Assembly: GCF_009914755.1 (NCBI RefSeq)
Contig: NC_060947.1
DNA length: 64,000 nt
Reading direction: 5' to 3' (one strand)
Source of the DNA: the human T2T-CHM13v2.0 reference genome, Homo sapiens
Shown: in pieces, positions 43,257 through 58,119 of the stretch
Position numbering within the stretch: position 1 is the first letter of the stretch
How the letters are laid out: each line of letters starts with the position of its first letter
Made by a program: the position numbers and the translations under genes
The notes under the pieces: model-generated
The model's input: only the letters and a program-made list of their open reading frames with translations
Databases searched by the model: none
What the model was told of the DNA's origin: nothing

Positions 43257-44546
43257 TAACTTCGTAGAGTTCTATGAACTGAGAAAGGTCTTGACTTATT
43301 CTTGATTTTTACAACCATTTCACTGGTCTTTGGCATTTCTCTCTTTTCTGCCAAAATTCTACATCAAGGTGATACATTTCTCCATCTACATTGTCTCCTA
43401 GCCTCAGTCAGTGTCATTGCCAAATATGGTAAAGACAAGGTTTTAACAGTGACAAGGGCTGTTGCCTTTCCCCCTGAGGCTGCAGATTCTCAGGCATCTA
43501 TCTCTTTCATATTTGTTGACAGAGGCTGCAACTTACATCCCATGATGGCATACCTCACAGCCATATTCCAGTTCCATGTAATTGAATGATTCACTGTTCA
43601 TCACAATGTGGTAACTCTTGTCATAGAACATCAAGGCAGTAAGAATGCCCTTAGAAATCACCTTATCGATCACCCTCTCCACCACTACCTCCATTGTTTT
43701 CCAGATATGTGTGAGGATTAAAGGAGGGAAGAGATTTGCACAAAGCTACACATGGAGTCCACAGATCAGGATTAGGACCTAAGGATTCTGATTTCATGTT
43801 CAGTACTATTCCCACAGGACCTCTTTATTAATCATATTGCCGGACAGAAGGATTTATTTTATCTTGCCATTCATTCCTTCCTTCATTAAAAAAACATCAC
43901 CGAATGCTTACTACATGCCAAACACTACTCAGTGCTGGAGAAAATGCAGACAGGAATGAGCTCTCTCTGTCCTGAGGTTCACTCAGGATGTTAACAAAGG
44001 ATTGCTACTTATAGTACTGACTTGGGCTCATTGCAGTAGAACAAGCCATCATCATTACCACTGTCCTACCTCCAGGCTCCCACCCTCCTGCACTTAGCTA
44101 AGCAAGGTCCAAAATGCTTTGAAATGAAGGCAAAACATAGCATTAAATTTTATTGATTCACTTCAATGCATAAGCATTCACTGAACACCTGTTGATTCAA
44201 TCCTAACCTTCATTCTAAGAATCCAGTGCATCGTAAAGATGGAACTAATCATAAGAGAAATCTCAGGTTCCCATGGAGTGGTTCTATGAATGTTCACTAT
44301 GAAAGATAAACTTCTATTATCCCTGAATGTTCTTTACAATGGTCCTTGCATATTGCATCTTGTTTTCACAACTGTGTGAACTATGAAAACAGGAATTATT
44401 ATCCCCACCTTATTGAGGCTCGGAGATGCTGTTTGACCTACCAAAGTGTGCAGGATATGCTACAGCTGAAGTGCCTGACTTCTCTTGCCATATACATACA
44501 TATATATGTATATTCACTCTGGATGTTAACCAAGGATTGCCTCTTG

Positions 44547-47001
44547 TATATTTTTATAAATTATATATAATTATACATATAATATATAATATATTATGTA
44601 TAATTATATATAATATTTATATTTTATATTATTATATATTATATATTATGTATAATTATATATATAATATATAATATAATATAATATAATATATGATATG
44701 ATATAATATATGTTGTATAATATATATTATATATTATAATATGTAATATAATATAATATATAATATATAATCTATTATATATTATATATATTATATACTA
44801 TATAATATATAATCTATTATATATTATATATATTATATAATATATATAATTAATATATATAATATATTATACTATATATACTATATAATATATGTATATA
44901 TATAATATAATATATAATATATGTATTTTATATAATATATAATATATATAATATGTGTATTTTATATAATATATAATATTTAATATATAATATATGTATT
45001 ATATATAATATATTATATAATACATATTAAAAAGAATATATTATATATAATACATATTATATAATATATATTATGTATTATATATAATATATATTATACA
45101 TATAATATAATATGTAATATATATAATATTATCTATATTATATATAATATATATTATACATACAATATAATATATATATTATCTATTATATTATATATAA
45201 TCTATTATCTATTATATTATATATATTATCTATTATCTATTATATTATATATATTATCTATTATCTATCATATTATATATATTATCTATTATCTATCATA
45301 TTATATATATTATATATTATCTATCATATTATATATATTATGTATTATCTATCATATTATATATATTATATATTATATATCATATTATATATGTTATATA
45401 TTATATATTATATCATATATATTACATATTATATATTATATAATATATATTATATATAATATATTATATTATATATATATTATATATTATATAATATATT
45501 ATATATAATATATATTATATTATATATATTATATATTATATTATATAATATATTATATATATTATATATTATATTTATAATATATTATATATATTATAGA
45601 TTATATATTATATTATATAATATATTATATATATTATATTATATAATATATTATATATATTATATTATATAATATATTATATATATTATATATGATATTA
45701 TATATATTATATATGATATTATATATTATATATTATATTATATATTATATATGATATAATATATTATATATATTATATCATATATAATATATAATATAAT
45801 ATATAATATATATTATATCATATATAATATATATTATATCATATATTATATATTATATTATATATAATATATATTATATTATATATATTATATATACACA
45901 TATATAATTATACATATAATATATAATTATAAATATACATATAATATATAATATATATAACATATATAGTTATGTTATAGATATGTTATATATATAATAT
46001 GTTATATATAATATGTTATATATATAACATACATATGTTATATATAATATGTTATATATATATAACATACATATGTTATATATAATATGTTATATATATA
46101 TAACATACATATGTTATATATAATATGTTATATATATATAACATACATATGTTATATATAATATGTTATATATATATAACATACATATGTTATATATAAT
46201 ATGTTATATATATATAACATACATATGTTATATATAATATGTTATATATATATAACATACATATGTTATATATAATATGTTATATATATATAACATACAT
46301 ATGTTATATATAATATGTTATATATATATAACATACATATGTTATATATAATATGTTATATATATATAACATACATATGTTATATATAATATGTTATATA
46401 TATAACATACATATGTTATATATATAACATACATATGTTATATATAATATGTTATATATATAACATACATATGTTATATATAATATGTTATATATATAAC
46501 ATACATATGTTATATATAATATGTTATATATATAACATACATATGTTATATATAATATACATAATATAATATATAATATACATAATATAATATATATTAT
46601 ATTATGTATATTATATATTATATCATATATTATAATAATTATATATTATATCATATATTATAATAATTATATATTATATCATATATTATAATAATTATAT
46701 AATTTATAATATTTATAAAAATTATATAATATATAATTATTATAATAATTATATCTTATATAATTATCATAATTATTATATATTATATATCATAATAATT
46801 ATATATTATATAATATTATAATAATTATTTATATTATATATTATATATTATGTAATATATAATATATAATATATAATATGTAATATATATTATATATTAT
46901 ATATTATATTTTATATATTATACAATATATATTATATAATATATTATATTTTATATAAATATATAAATTTATATATATAAATAAATATAAATATATATAA
47001 A
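44547..47001. repeat. ~2.45 kb extremely AT-rich (TA)n-derived region including a 38-bp-unit minisatellite (~46000-46550)
   Basis: Unit AACATACATATGTTATATATAATATGTTATATATATAT recurs every 38 nt (C at 46028, 46066, 46104 ... 46370), then 36-bp variants; degenerate TA repeats on both sides. Confidence 0.95.
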
Positions 47002-47804
47002 TGAGACTACCACCTAGAGCAGTTTGTTTGCATCTAGAAAAGGTAAAATATGAAAGCCAATACAATTAACCAATAAAGAGTTTTATTCCCTGGCAAATGA
47101 AGAATCTTCCAGAATAGTGACTGTGTATTGGAAAGGATATTCCAAGGAGATAGCGACACACTAAGAAATGGGTACAAATAGGAAAGACCAAGCATCAGCG
47201 ATTAAAGAAGTAGTAGGCACTTGGAAAAAACCCCAGTTTTGGAGTGCAATGGGTCAAGGCCAGGTATAAACTAATAATAAACGGGAGAAGCAAGTTCCTG
47301 TGAGCTAAGGATATTGCAAGATCTATAATAGAAGTAAAGGTGGGAAGAAGCAGTCAATTATCACAAGCCTTGGTCAGCAGAGTCTTGTTTGGCAATGGAA
47401 GGAAGGGAGAGAAGAGCAAGCAGATCACCAAAGGTTGGATAGAAATGTTTCTATAACTTGAATTACACACATTCAAATATGCCCATTAGCAAAGGGCATG
47501 AGATGGGAGAGAGGAAAAGTGGTTGATGATGCCTGTTAATTAATTTATGGCCAAGGGTGAGTGTGAAGCAGAGACATGATCCAGATGTTGCTTCGTTTGT
47601 TCTCATTCCTGAGAGCCCATAATCTTGTGAGAACTCTGAGCATGATTCCAGTGGTTGAAGATGAGTATTAACATTTTTTTGAGGTCCATTGGTTGAAGAT
47701 GTGCATTAACATTTTTTTGAGGTGAAATTCACATAATACAATGTTAACCTTCATTTCTGAAAGATAGTTTCACTGAAAATTATTGGTTATTTAAAGTTGT
47801 TTCA

Positions 47805-49830
47805 TGAATGGGGAAAAGCTGAAGGTATGCCCTTTGAGAACTAAAACAAGACAAGGATGGCCACTTTGACTACTCCTATTCAACATAGTACTGGCAGTAC
47901 TAGGCAGAACAATCAGGCAAGAGAAAGAAATAAAAGGCATCGAAACAGGAAAAGAGGAAGTCAGACTATTTCTGTTTGCTGATTATATGATTCTACACCT
48001 AGAAGATCCCATAGTCTGTGCCCAAAGTCTTCCAGATCTGACAAACAACCTCAGCAAAGTTTCAGGACACAAAATCAAAGCACAAAAATCAGTAGCATTT
48101 CTATACACCAATAACATCCAAGCCAAATCAAGAGCACAATCCAGTTCACAATAACCACAGAAATAATTGAATAACTAGGAATACAGCTAACCAGAGAAGT
48201 GAAAGATCTCTGCAATGGTAATTAAAAATTACTGCTGAAAGAAATCTGAGACAACCCACAAACAAATGGAAAAACATTCCATGCTCATGGATAGGAAGAA
48301 TCAATATTCTTAAAAAGGTCATATTGCTCAAAACCATTTGCAGATTCAATGCTATTCCTAAATTTTTATAACAAAGTTGTGAAAAGAACAAAGCTGGAGG
48401 CATCACACTACCTGACTTCAAACTATACTACAAAAACAGACGCATAAACCAATGGAACAGAATAGAGAACCCCAAAATAAATTTGCACATCTACAACCAT
48501 ATAATCTTTGACAAAGTCAACCAATCATATGATCTTCGACAAAGTCAACCAAAATTTCAATGGGGAAAGGACTCCCTATTCAATAAATGATGCTGGGATA
48601 ACTAGCTAGCCATATGGAGAAGATTGAAACTGGACCCCTACCTTTCACCATATACAAAAATCAACTCACAGTGGATTAAAGACTTAAATGTAAAACCTAA
48701 AACTGTTAAAATCCTATAAGTTAACCTAAGAAATACCATTCTGGACATATGACCTGGCAAAGTCTTCATGACAAGGACTCCAAAAGCAATTGCAACAAAA
48801 ACAAAAATTGACAAGTGGGACCTAACTAAACCAAAGAGCTTCTGCACAGCAAAAGAAACTATCAACAGAGTAAACAGTCTACAAAATGGGAGAAAACATT
48901 TGCCAACTATGCGTCTGACAAAGGTCTAATATCCAGAATCTGTAAGGAACTTAAATCCATAGGCAAAAAACAAGCAACCCCATTTAACAAACAGGCAAAG
49001 GACATAAACAGAGATTTTCAAAAGAAGACATACACACAGCCAACAAGCATATGAAAAAAAAAAGACTCAATATCACCAATCATTAGGGAAATGCAAACCA
49101 AAACCACAATGAGATACCATCTCACATCAGTCAGAATGGCTATTACTAAAAAGCGAAAAAATAACAGATGCTGGCAAGGCTGTGGAGAAAAGGAAATGGT
49201 TATGTACTGCTGGTAGGACTGTAAATTACTTCAGCCACTATGGAAATCAATCTGGAGTTTTCTCAAAGAACTTAAAATAGAACTACCATTCCACCCAGCA
49301 ATCCCATTTCTGGGTATATACTCAAAGGAATATAAATCATTCTACCATAAAGATACATGTACACATATGTTCATTGTATCACTATTAAAAATAGCAATGA
49401 CACAGAATCAACCTATATGCCCATCAATGGAGGCCTGGATAAAGAAAATGATGGTACATATATACCATGGAATACTATACAACCATAAAACAGTACAAAA
49501 CAATATCCATTGGAGCAACATGGATGGAGCTGGAGGCCATTATTCTAAGCGAATTAACAAAAAACCAAACACCACATGTTCTCACTTATAAGTGTGAGCT
49601 AGACACTGAGCACATGTGGACACAAAGAAGGGAACAAGGGGCCTACTTGAGGGTGGGAGGTGGGAGAAAGGTTGAAAAGCTGCCTATCAGGTATTATGCT
49701 GATTACCTGGGTGACAAAATTATCTGTACACCAAAACCTCGTGACCTGAAACTTACCCATGTAACAAACTTTCACATGTATTCCTTGAATCTAAAATAAA
49801 AGTTGGAAAGAAAAAAACAAATATAAAAAA
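47805..49830 (+). mobile_element. L1PA15/16-like ORF2 3' part and 3' UTR, with internal deletions
   Basis: RT-region CTGTTTGCTGATTATATG; 3' UTR TATTATGCTGATTACCTGGGTGACAAAATTATCTGTACACC; A-rich tail. Confidence 0.87.
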
Positions 49831-49917
49831 CTGAACAGTGTAGTGTTTCCCCATGTCCTTATCACTTGGCCTTGATAGTTATCAACTATCAATGCTATGC
49901 TTGTTTTATCAATGTCA

Positions 49918-50262
<345 letters not shown>

Positions 50263-50289
50263 TAATATTTCTTTCTTTAGTTCTTCTTT

Positions 50290-52470
50290 GAGGTAAGATT
50301 TACATATATTAAAATACACCAATCCTAACTTTACAGTATTGACCAATGCAGACACCAATGTAACCCATAGCAAGATACAAAATATTTTCTATCACCTCAG
50401 AAAGTTTTGCCATATCTCTTCCAAGTCAAACCCTCCCACTCTGCTAACAGGCAGCCACCGTTTTACTTTTTTTAATCATAGGATAATTTTGTCAGTCTTA
50501 GAATTTCATATAAATGAAAGCATACAGCATGTACTCTTTTGTGTCTAGCTTTTTTTTCACAGCATAATGTCTGGAAGAAGTATTCATGTTATTGAGTCTA
50601 TTCGCAGTTTGTTTCTCTGTATTGTTGAGTAGTTGTCTATTAAAAGAATATGTCAAATAAATAAGTAAGTTATCTCAGCCTTTTAAATGTCACTGCCTCA
50701 TAGTCTCCATGATTTTGATGAGAAATCAGCTGTTAATTTTATTGAGGATCACTTATATGGAACAATTCACTTCTTTCTTGCTGCTTTCAAGATTCTCTGG
50801 GGCTGTCGACAATTGATTATAATGTGTCTCAGAGTGGAAGTTCCCTTTATGTTTATCTTATCTTGAATTCATTAAGCTTTCAGATGTGCAGATTTTTCTT
50901 TTTTTATCAAATTTTTGAAGTTTTCAGCCATTAATTCTGCAAGTATTCTTTCTGCTCCTTTCCCTCTTTTCCTTCTAGTACTACCATTATTCATATTTTG
51001 GTGTGTTTGGTGTTGTTCCATACTTCTCTGACTCTGTTCAGGTTTTTGTAATTCTTTTTTCTGTCTCCTGCTCAGACTGCATAATTTCAGTTGATCTATC
51101 TTCAAATTTTCTGATTCTTCTGCCTATTCAAATGTGTTGTTGAAACCCTCCCGTGAATTTTGAATTTTAGTTTTATTGTACTTTTCAGTTCCAGAACTTC
51201 TATTTGATTTATTTTCATAATTTCTATCGTTTTATTCATATTCCCTATTTGTTGAGACTTTGTTCTGGTTTCCTTTATTTATTTGAGAATACTCAAAACA
51301 GTTGGTTTAAAGTCTGTGTCCAGTAAATCCAATGGCTTACTCCCTAAAGGACATTCATTGTTAATATAATTTATTCCTGTGAATGCAATATTTTCTTATT
51401 TCTTTGCATGCCTCCTAATTTTTATGAACACTGGACATTTTGAATGTGATAGTGTAATTACCATGGAAATCATATTTTCCCCTCATATGGTTTGTTGATG
51501 TTGCTTGCTGCATATTTTAGTTGCTTGTTTATTTTATGACATTTCTAAAGTAATTTTTTAAAGACTTTGTCATGTGAGGTCTCAGAAGTTTCTGTTCCTT
51601 TAGCCTGTGGTCAGCTAGTGGCTTGACAGAAATGTCCTCAAATGACTGGAGTCCACTAAAAAAAAAAATAGAAAAAAATGTACCCTCTGGTCTTTACAGA
51701 TTGGCTCAGTATTGGGGGACTCTTTTGACAGTCAATCCATTTACAACTCTGCCCTAGCCTTCCCTTCTGCTTGCACTCAGCCTAAAGTCAGACAGAGGTG
51801 ACAGCTGAGGGCCTTCTCAAGACTCAACATGCATCCTGCCCCAGGCATGTACATGGCTTACTAGATTCTCCATTACATGTGGGAGCTTTTCAAAGCCCTT
51901 ATTCCCTAAAGTATCATAACTCCAGTCCCAGCTTTTCCTCACAGGATTTCAGTGTGTTTATTATTTACTCAAGCTGTAATCTTTGCCCCAGGTGCCAATG
52001 GCTTGTTCTTTTTTTTTTTTTTTCGATATTTTTAAAGAACACCTCCTGCTTAGACATTTTTGTGCCATGAGGGAGTTCCAAGTTAGGCAAAACAAAGGCA
52101 AGTGCCTTGTTTCAATCCTTCAAGGAACCCCAGACAGGTAAAAATATATAAACACAATTCCTTGGAAACAAGTTATGCTCTGCTCCTTTTGAAACCCAGT
52201 GTCCCTACAGGGAATACAGGCTGTCAACTTCAAGATTGACACCACACCAGGAAGAGGAGTGGAGGAAGGCTATTAAAATGCCACAAAACTCTCTTACCAT
52301 GTTTGTCTCCTTTTTCTGTATTCAGCATTCCCTTGGTTACCATAATCCTCTAACTATATTCCAGAGCTCCGATAATGTTGATTCTGGCCATTTTTGTTCA
52401 TTTTAATGGTGTTTCTGTGAAAGGACAGGCCCTAGGAACTTCTTAGTCTCTCATTGTTGCTGACTAAAGG
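50290..52470 (-). mobile_element. Ancient L1M pieces: L1ME-type 3' end (~50290-50650) and ORF1/5' region (~50680-52470)
   Basis: ORF 50872-51105 (..GAERILAELMAENFKNLIK) is ORF1-like; GATGAGAAATCAGCTGTTAAT is a typical antisense ORF1 motif. Confidence 0.7.
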
Positions 52471-52689
52471 TGGGCATTTTGCAAACAGTATATAGACCTT
52501 AAACCCAAGCCACAGACTTCATCTGGTGCTTGACATGACACACTGATTCTTTGCAGCACTGGTGGCATACTGGTGGCAACAAACTTAGCTGATAAATAGT
52601 ATGCCTGAACATTCTATTTAATTGCAGAAGTCAAAGTGAGCCTTTTAAAACTGAAGACCTATTAGAAGAAGCAGCTCTCTACAACAGCT

Positions 52690-53230
52690 AAGTGAAAGGG
52701 CATTGAGCCTAGACTGCCTGGCTTTGCAGCCTGGCACTTCCATATACTAGCTGCATATCATTGGACAACTTTTCTAACTTCTCTTGTCTCAATTTACTCA
52801 TTTAAATAATGGGGATGGCAATGGCACCTACTTGCTAGAGGGATGTTGTGAGGATTAAATGCATTAATATCTCTAAAGTTTTCAATAGAGTCTGACATAG
52901 AGTCTACAAGTGTGTTTGCTACTATTGTTGTGTCACTTCTTTACTGAAAGCCCCACAATGGTTTTGAATTTCTTTCCTCAAAGTAAAAGCCAGAATTCTT
53001 ACAATGGCCTTGTCAAGCCCTATACGATCTGGCCTCCTCATCACCTCTCTGACTTCTTTTTCCCACTACTCTCCTCCTTGCTCACTCAGCTCCAGTCAAT
53101 ATGGCCTCTTTGTCATTCCTCAAATGTGCCAGGCCAGCTCCTATCCAGAGGCCTTGCCATCAGCTGGTGCCTCTACTTGGATCATTCTTCCCAAAGACAT
53201 CCTCAATTGCAAATTTCCTTACCTCCTTCT
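52690..53230 (+). mobile_element. MIR followed by an L2a fragment
   Basis: GAGCCTAGACTGCCTGG..GTTGTGAGGATTAAATG (MIR); CCCTATACGATCTGGCC..CTCACTCAGCTCCAG (L2). Confidence 0.75.
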
Positions 53231-53469
53231 TTGGACTCCATTAACATCTTTACTCATCCTTTCTTTATATTAATTCTCTAGTACTAAACCTTTTATTGCT
53301 TGCTTCTAATATGTTGTAACATACGATAGTAATGGAATTCCCTCACTCTCTAGTACATTACTGCTTCATATGACCTTTACTATCAGAGAGAGAAAAAAGT
53401 TCACCACACAGAAGCCTCATATAAATTGTTGAGGAATATATTGATTTTCTCTAGCAAGTACCCTGTGAT

Positions 53470-53945
53470 AGATAATCTCCTTAGGGTGGAAATGGCAGTC
53501 AGAATTGTTGCCATTGAATTGGTCTTTATGAATCCAATAGGGATATTGTGATACCAGGGTGAAAGAGACCAAGTGTCAATACTTAATGAAAAAAGACAAG
53601 TTGGCTGAAGTTACTGTAATAAGGGGAAGAGCTGAAGCAGTAATAATAGGAATCTTACTCAGAGACAGTATGAGGGAATATATTAACTCTCTAGTCCTAT
53701 GTCATAATCTAGTCCTCAGGGAGCTTGATCTCCTCTGCATTCCTCAAGACATCATGCTCTCCCATTACATTGATAATATTATGCTCATCAGACCTGATGC
53801 ACAGGATGTGGCAACTACCCTAGACATCTTGGTAGGATGCATGTATGCCTTAGAATGGGAAATAAAACCCACAAAAATTCAGGAGCTGGTTTCTGAATGG
53901 TTGGATGAGGTTCAAGACTACACATCTGGGTATCTGCGATATCCA
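53470..53945 (+). mobile_element. ERV-L internal fragment: gag-like piece joined to a reverse transcriptase piece
   Basis: YINSLVLCHNLVLRELDLLCIPQDIMLSHYIDNIMLIRPDAQDVATTLDILV..WEIKPTKIQ matches ERV-L RT (YINSPALCHNLV..LVHYIDDIML..WEINPTKIQ); the YIDD motif is mutated to YIDN. Confidence 0.85.
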
Positions 53946-54829
53946 GGGCTCCCCTCCAGCAAAAAAACAAACAAACAAATAAACAAACAAACAAAAACCA
54001 CCTAATTCTGGGCCTGTTGTATTGGTTTTCTGTTGCTGCATAACAAATTACCACATGGAGGAGGGTATGTGTGTGTGTGCATGTGCGTATGTAAAATCTC
54101 ACAACATAATAACAAGAGTGACATCCCATCACCTTTGCCATATATTTTCTGTTGGTTAGAATGAAGTCACAGGTCCTGCCCAATATAATTCAAGGGGAGG
54201 GAATTATACAAGACTGTCAATGTTGGAAGGTTAAGATTATTGGGAGTCAGTTTAGGATCTGTCCACGACACTTGGACTCTTTGACGTTCTGTTCTAGTGA
54301 TGTGGGGATAGTAGAGTCACCACCCCAGGTCTCTGTTATACATCCCAGGCCCCAGCATCCCTCATTCCTTAGCACTTCACTGCATACTCTGAGCTCCATT
54401 CCTTACCTCAAAAGGCTTCAATATTCATATATATGGATACTGAAGCTCATTTTTCCCCTGCTCCTTGCATACAGCTACTGCTTCTTGATCACCACTTAGT
54501 GCTAAGAGTATACATTAACAGTGCACTTAACCCTCAGGAGCACAGACCCAGTGAGGTGGAGCCTGAAGGCCTCTTTAGGCTGAGATCTTGGAGCCAATTG
54601 GGCAGCAAATTCAGGGCTCCAGGTAACTGGAGAATATTTGGGGTTGGGAGGCACGGGCTCTGAGTGTGTACATCCCCTTGACCCTACACACTGAATTCTT
54701 GGCCACTTGCAGAAAGGCAAGACTGGAAGAGGGAAAGCATGAAGCCTCTAAAGTGTAAAGCCCATTACAAGCTTTCTATAGTCTAGGTCTCAGGGCAGTA
54801 CTATATTTAACAACTGGTTGGCATAGGCA

Positions 54830-57069
54830 CTGGGATAGCCAGCCTCCAAGATCACCCCAGTGATCCCCGCCTCCTGCTGCTTATGTTCCAGTGTAGTGCC
54901 CTCTTTCATAGAGCTGACCTATGTGACCAATAGTAAGATATTGTGGACGTGATGAAGTATGACATTAACGCTAGGACATAAAAGACATTGTGGCTTCCAT
55001 CTTACTCTTTCTTGAATTGTTCACTTTTACAGAAGCCAGCTGTCATGTTGATATGGTTTGAATTTGTTACCTTCAAAACTCATGTTGAAAATTAATCCTC
55101 TTTGTGGTAATAGTGAGAAGTGGGGCCTTTGGGGAAGTGATTAAGTAATGAGGGCTCCACCTTCATAAACGGATTAGTGAGTGTCCTATAAAAGGGCTGG
55201 AGGGAACTAACTTAGATCCCTTTTACTCTTCTACTCTTCTGTTGTATGAGGACACAGTGCTCGCTCCCTTTTGCCATTTCTTTCGCTTATGTCATGTAAG
55301 AACACCTAAACAGCACCATCTATTAGGAAGAGGCATTCACCAGACACCAAACCTCCCAACACCTTGATCTTGAACTTCCCAGCCTCCAGAACTATAAGAA
55401 ATAAATTCCCATTGTTTATAAACTACCCAGTCTCAGGTGTTTTGTTAGCAGCACAAACAGGCTAAAATACATGTCATGAGGACACTCAAGCAGCCCAACA
55501 GAGAGAACCATGTGGTAAAGAACTGATACTTACTATCAATAGCCAATGATATATCAAGGTATCCTGTCCATAGCCATGTGATTAGAAGCAAACCTTCTGG
55601 ATATAGTCAAACCTTCAAATGACTTTAGTCACAACTGACTTCTGAACTGTAACCTCATGAGATACTCAAAGATGATATTATCCATCTAAACCACTCTTTT
55701 TTATTTATTATTTTATTTATCTATTTTTTAAGTTGATAAAAGGGGTTTAATTGGCTCACGGTTCCAAAGTCATACATGAAGCATGGCTAGGGAGGCCTGA
55801 GGAAACTTACAATCATGGCAGAAGGAGAAGGGGAAGCAGGCATGCTCTACATGGCTGGAGCAGGAGGAAAAACTAAACCACTCTTTAATAACTGACCTAC
55901 AGAAACTGTGAGACATTAATTATTTGTAGTTTTAAGCCACTCCATTTCAGGGCTTATTTGTTATGTGGCAAAAAATAATAATAATAATAATTAAAACAGA
56001 TGTTTGGTGCCAAGAGTAGGGTGCTGCAGTAACAAAACCTAACATGCGAAATGACTTTAAAACCAGCAGAGGGCTGAAGCTGGAAGGAGTTTGGAGAGAG
56101 TATTAATGAAAGTCTAAGATTCTTGGAACACACCATTATCAGAAACCTAACCATCTTTATGAAGGTTGCCTGTGAGAGCTTAAGGGAAAGTAAAGAAAAC
56201 TTTATTGGAAACTGGAGGAAAGGGATCCCTTGTAATTTAGTGCAATGATGTGGAGAGTAGAAAACATGTTCACAATTTGGATTGTGAATATACCAAAGGG
56301 TATTTCCAAAAAGAATGTTGACGGTGCTGCCTGGATTTTTTTTGGGGAAAGGGGGTGCTGTTTATAGCAAAATGTGAGAAGAGAATGTTAAGGGACAGAC
56401 TTGAGCTTAAACAAAATGGAGACATAATTTGCTGCTTTCAAAACCCCCAGTGTCTCCAGATGGAAAATAATGCTAAAGTTAAGAAAGGGCATCTAAGCAA
56501 AGATCAAATCCAGAACCCTTCCAGGAAAATATGATATAAAGATGAAGCCAGTGATGCAATTATAAAATCCATTATTAAGGCCTAAAAAGAAGTGGAGAAG
56601 TACCTCAGAAAAACAATATTCCATCTAAGAGGATTATGGGTGTTGTCCCTAAGCAGTCTTAGCAGAAGTCCAAAGCCAAATGAGCTTATCTAAGAGAGTT
56701 GTGTATATACCTTTTGTCTAATGGAGTAAATTCCCATGTCTTAGTCCATTTTGCACTGTCATAACAGAATAACTGAAACTGGGTAATTTATAAAAAACAG
56801 AAATGTATTTTTTCACAGTTCTGGAGGCTGCAAAGTTCAAGACCAAGATGCCAGCACCTAGTGAGGGCTTTCTTGCTATGTCTTCACATGGCAGAAGACA
56901 GAAGGGCAAGAGAAAACCAACTCTGTCCATTAAGCCCCTTATAAGGGCACCTACTCCCATTCATGAAGGAGGAGCCCTCATGGTCTAATCACATTATAAA
57001 GGCTCCACCTTTTAATACCATTACATTGGCAACACCTGGTTTTGGAGGGGACATATTCAAACCATAGCA
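54830..57069. mobile_element. Nested MaLR cluster: MLT1E/F-like LTR split by an MST LTR (~55049-55470, +) and a THE1/MST fragment (~55730-55870, -), then MLT1-int (~55995-56720) and an MSTD/MLT1A-like LTR (~56735-57069, -)
   Basis: TGATATGGTTTGAAT..TCATGTTGAAATTAATCC; CTTGAACTTCCCAGCCTCCAGAACT; GGAAACTTACAATCATGGCAGAAGG; TGGTGCCAAGAGTAGGGTGCTGC; TTCAAACCATAGCA. Confidence 0.8.
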
Positions 57070-58119
57070 CCCAATAAAATTTTTCGAACATCATGTCTTT
57101 TGTAGATAGATAGAGAGATAGAAAGACAGTTCACCAACATGCCATGGACCAATCAGAGCCAATTTAAGGCCCTTCAAATGACACGGCATAGATAATTCTG
57201 ACTTGGACTGCCCATTCATTTTAAAAAATGGTGACAAAAGGCCTTGTGCCTTTTTTGGTTATAGCCATAGGAAACATTGTGTGTTACTACGTGATAATAC
57301 ATTGTTAAATGTCAACAGTAGTGACACAAATGGATTGTGGATGCATTATGTTAACTTTGTTTTAACAGACTCTCTTCAGACACCTACTAAAAAGAAAACA
57401 CAGTGCTATGTGTTTCAGGAGAAATAGATAAATAAAATCCTTTAAAGTCCCAAACATTCAGTTGTCCACCCTCTAAGGGGTGGAGGAGAATAGATACACA
57501 TATATAAGCAATGTTAATATACACTAGGATATGAGATGTGCTGCCATAGTATATAAAGATACTGATGCCAATTAGCAAGCATCCAGGCAGTCTTAACTAA
57601 ATGTAGAAACAAGGCCTTCTACCCTAAAACCCCTGGCCCTCCCCTTCTCTGATCCTCTACTCTGGCCAACTCAAACTTCATTTTTTTCCTTAAACAGGTT
57701 CCAGATAATAGGCCCATTTCCTCTTTTAAGTGTTCTTTTATGTTAAGAAATATTTCAGACTTACACAAAGGTATAGGAATACTACATCTGTGAACCCACC
57801 TCCCAACTTTAGAAGCATATTACAAATAGAGGTGAAGTCCACTGTGTACCTCTCCCCAATTAAATTCTCTCTCTTTCTCCACAAGATCTAATCACCCTCT
57901 TAAGGTGCTTATCATTCTCATATATACCTATCTGCATGTTACATGTGTATGCATCACTGACATGTATGCCTTTTACTATAAATGTATGTAACCACAGTCA
58001 TTACAGTGATTGTTTTACATGTTTTTAGACTTCATATGCATGGTATAATACTTATATCCTTCTGGAATTGTTTTTTTTCCCTTACCCACTTTTCACTGCC
58101 ACCACCAAATCTTTGCTTC

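Noticed and set aside
45980-46550. Regularly spaced repeats resembling a CRISPR array
   Set aside because: Head-to-tail identical units with no unique spacers and no cas genes, in primate DNA; it is a minisatellite.
47647-47722. 38-bp tandem duplication (also a 20-bp duplication near 42105-42144 and a 16-bp repeat at 32866-32909)
   Set aside because: Small local slippage duplications with no sign of function.
54490-54830. Possible hAT-type DNA transposon remnant
   Set aside because: The terminal motif (TATTTAACAACTGG..GCACTG) is suggestive, but I cannot assign a family or boundaries.
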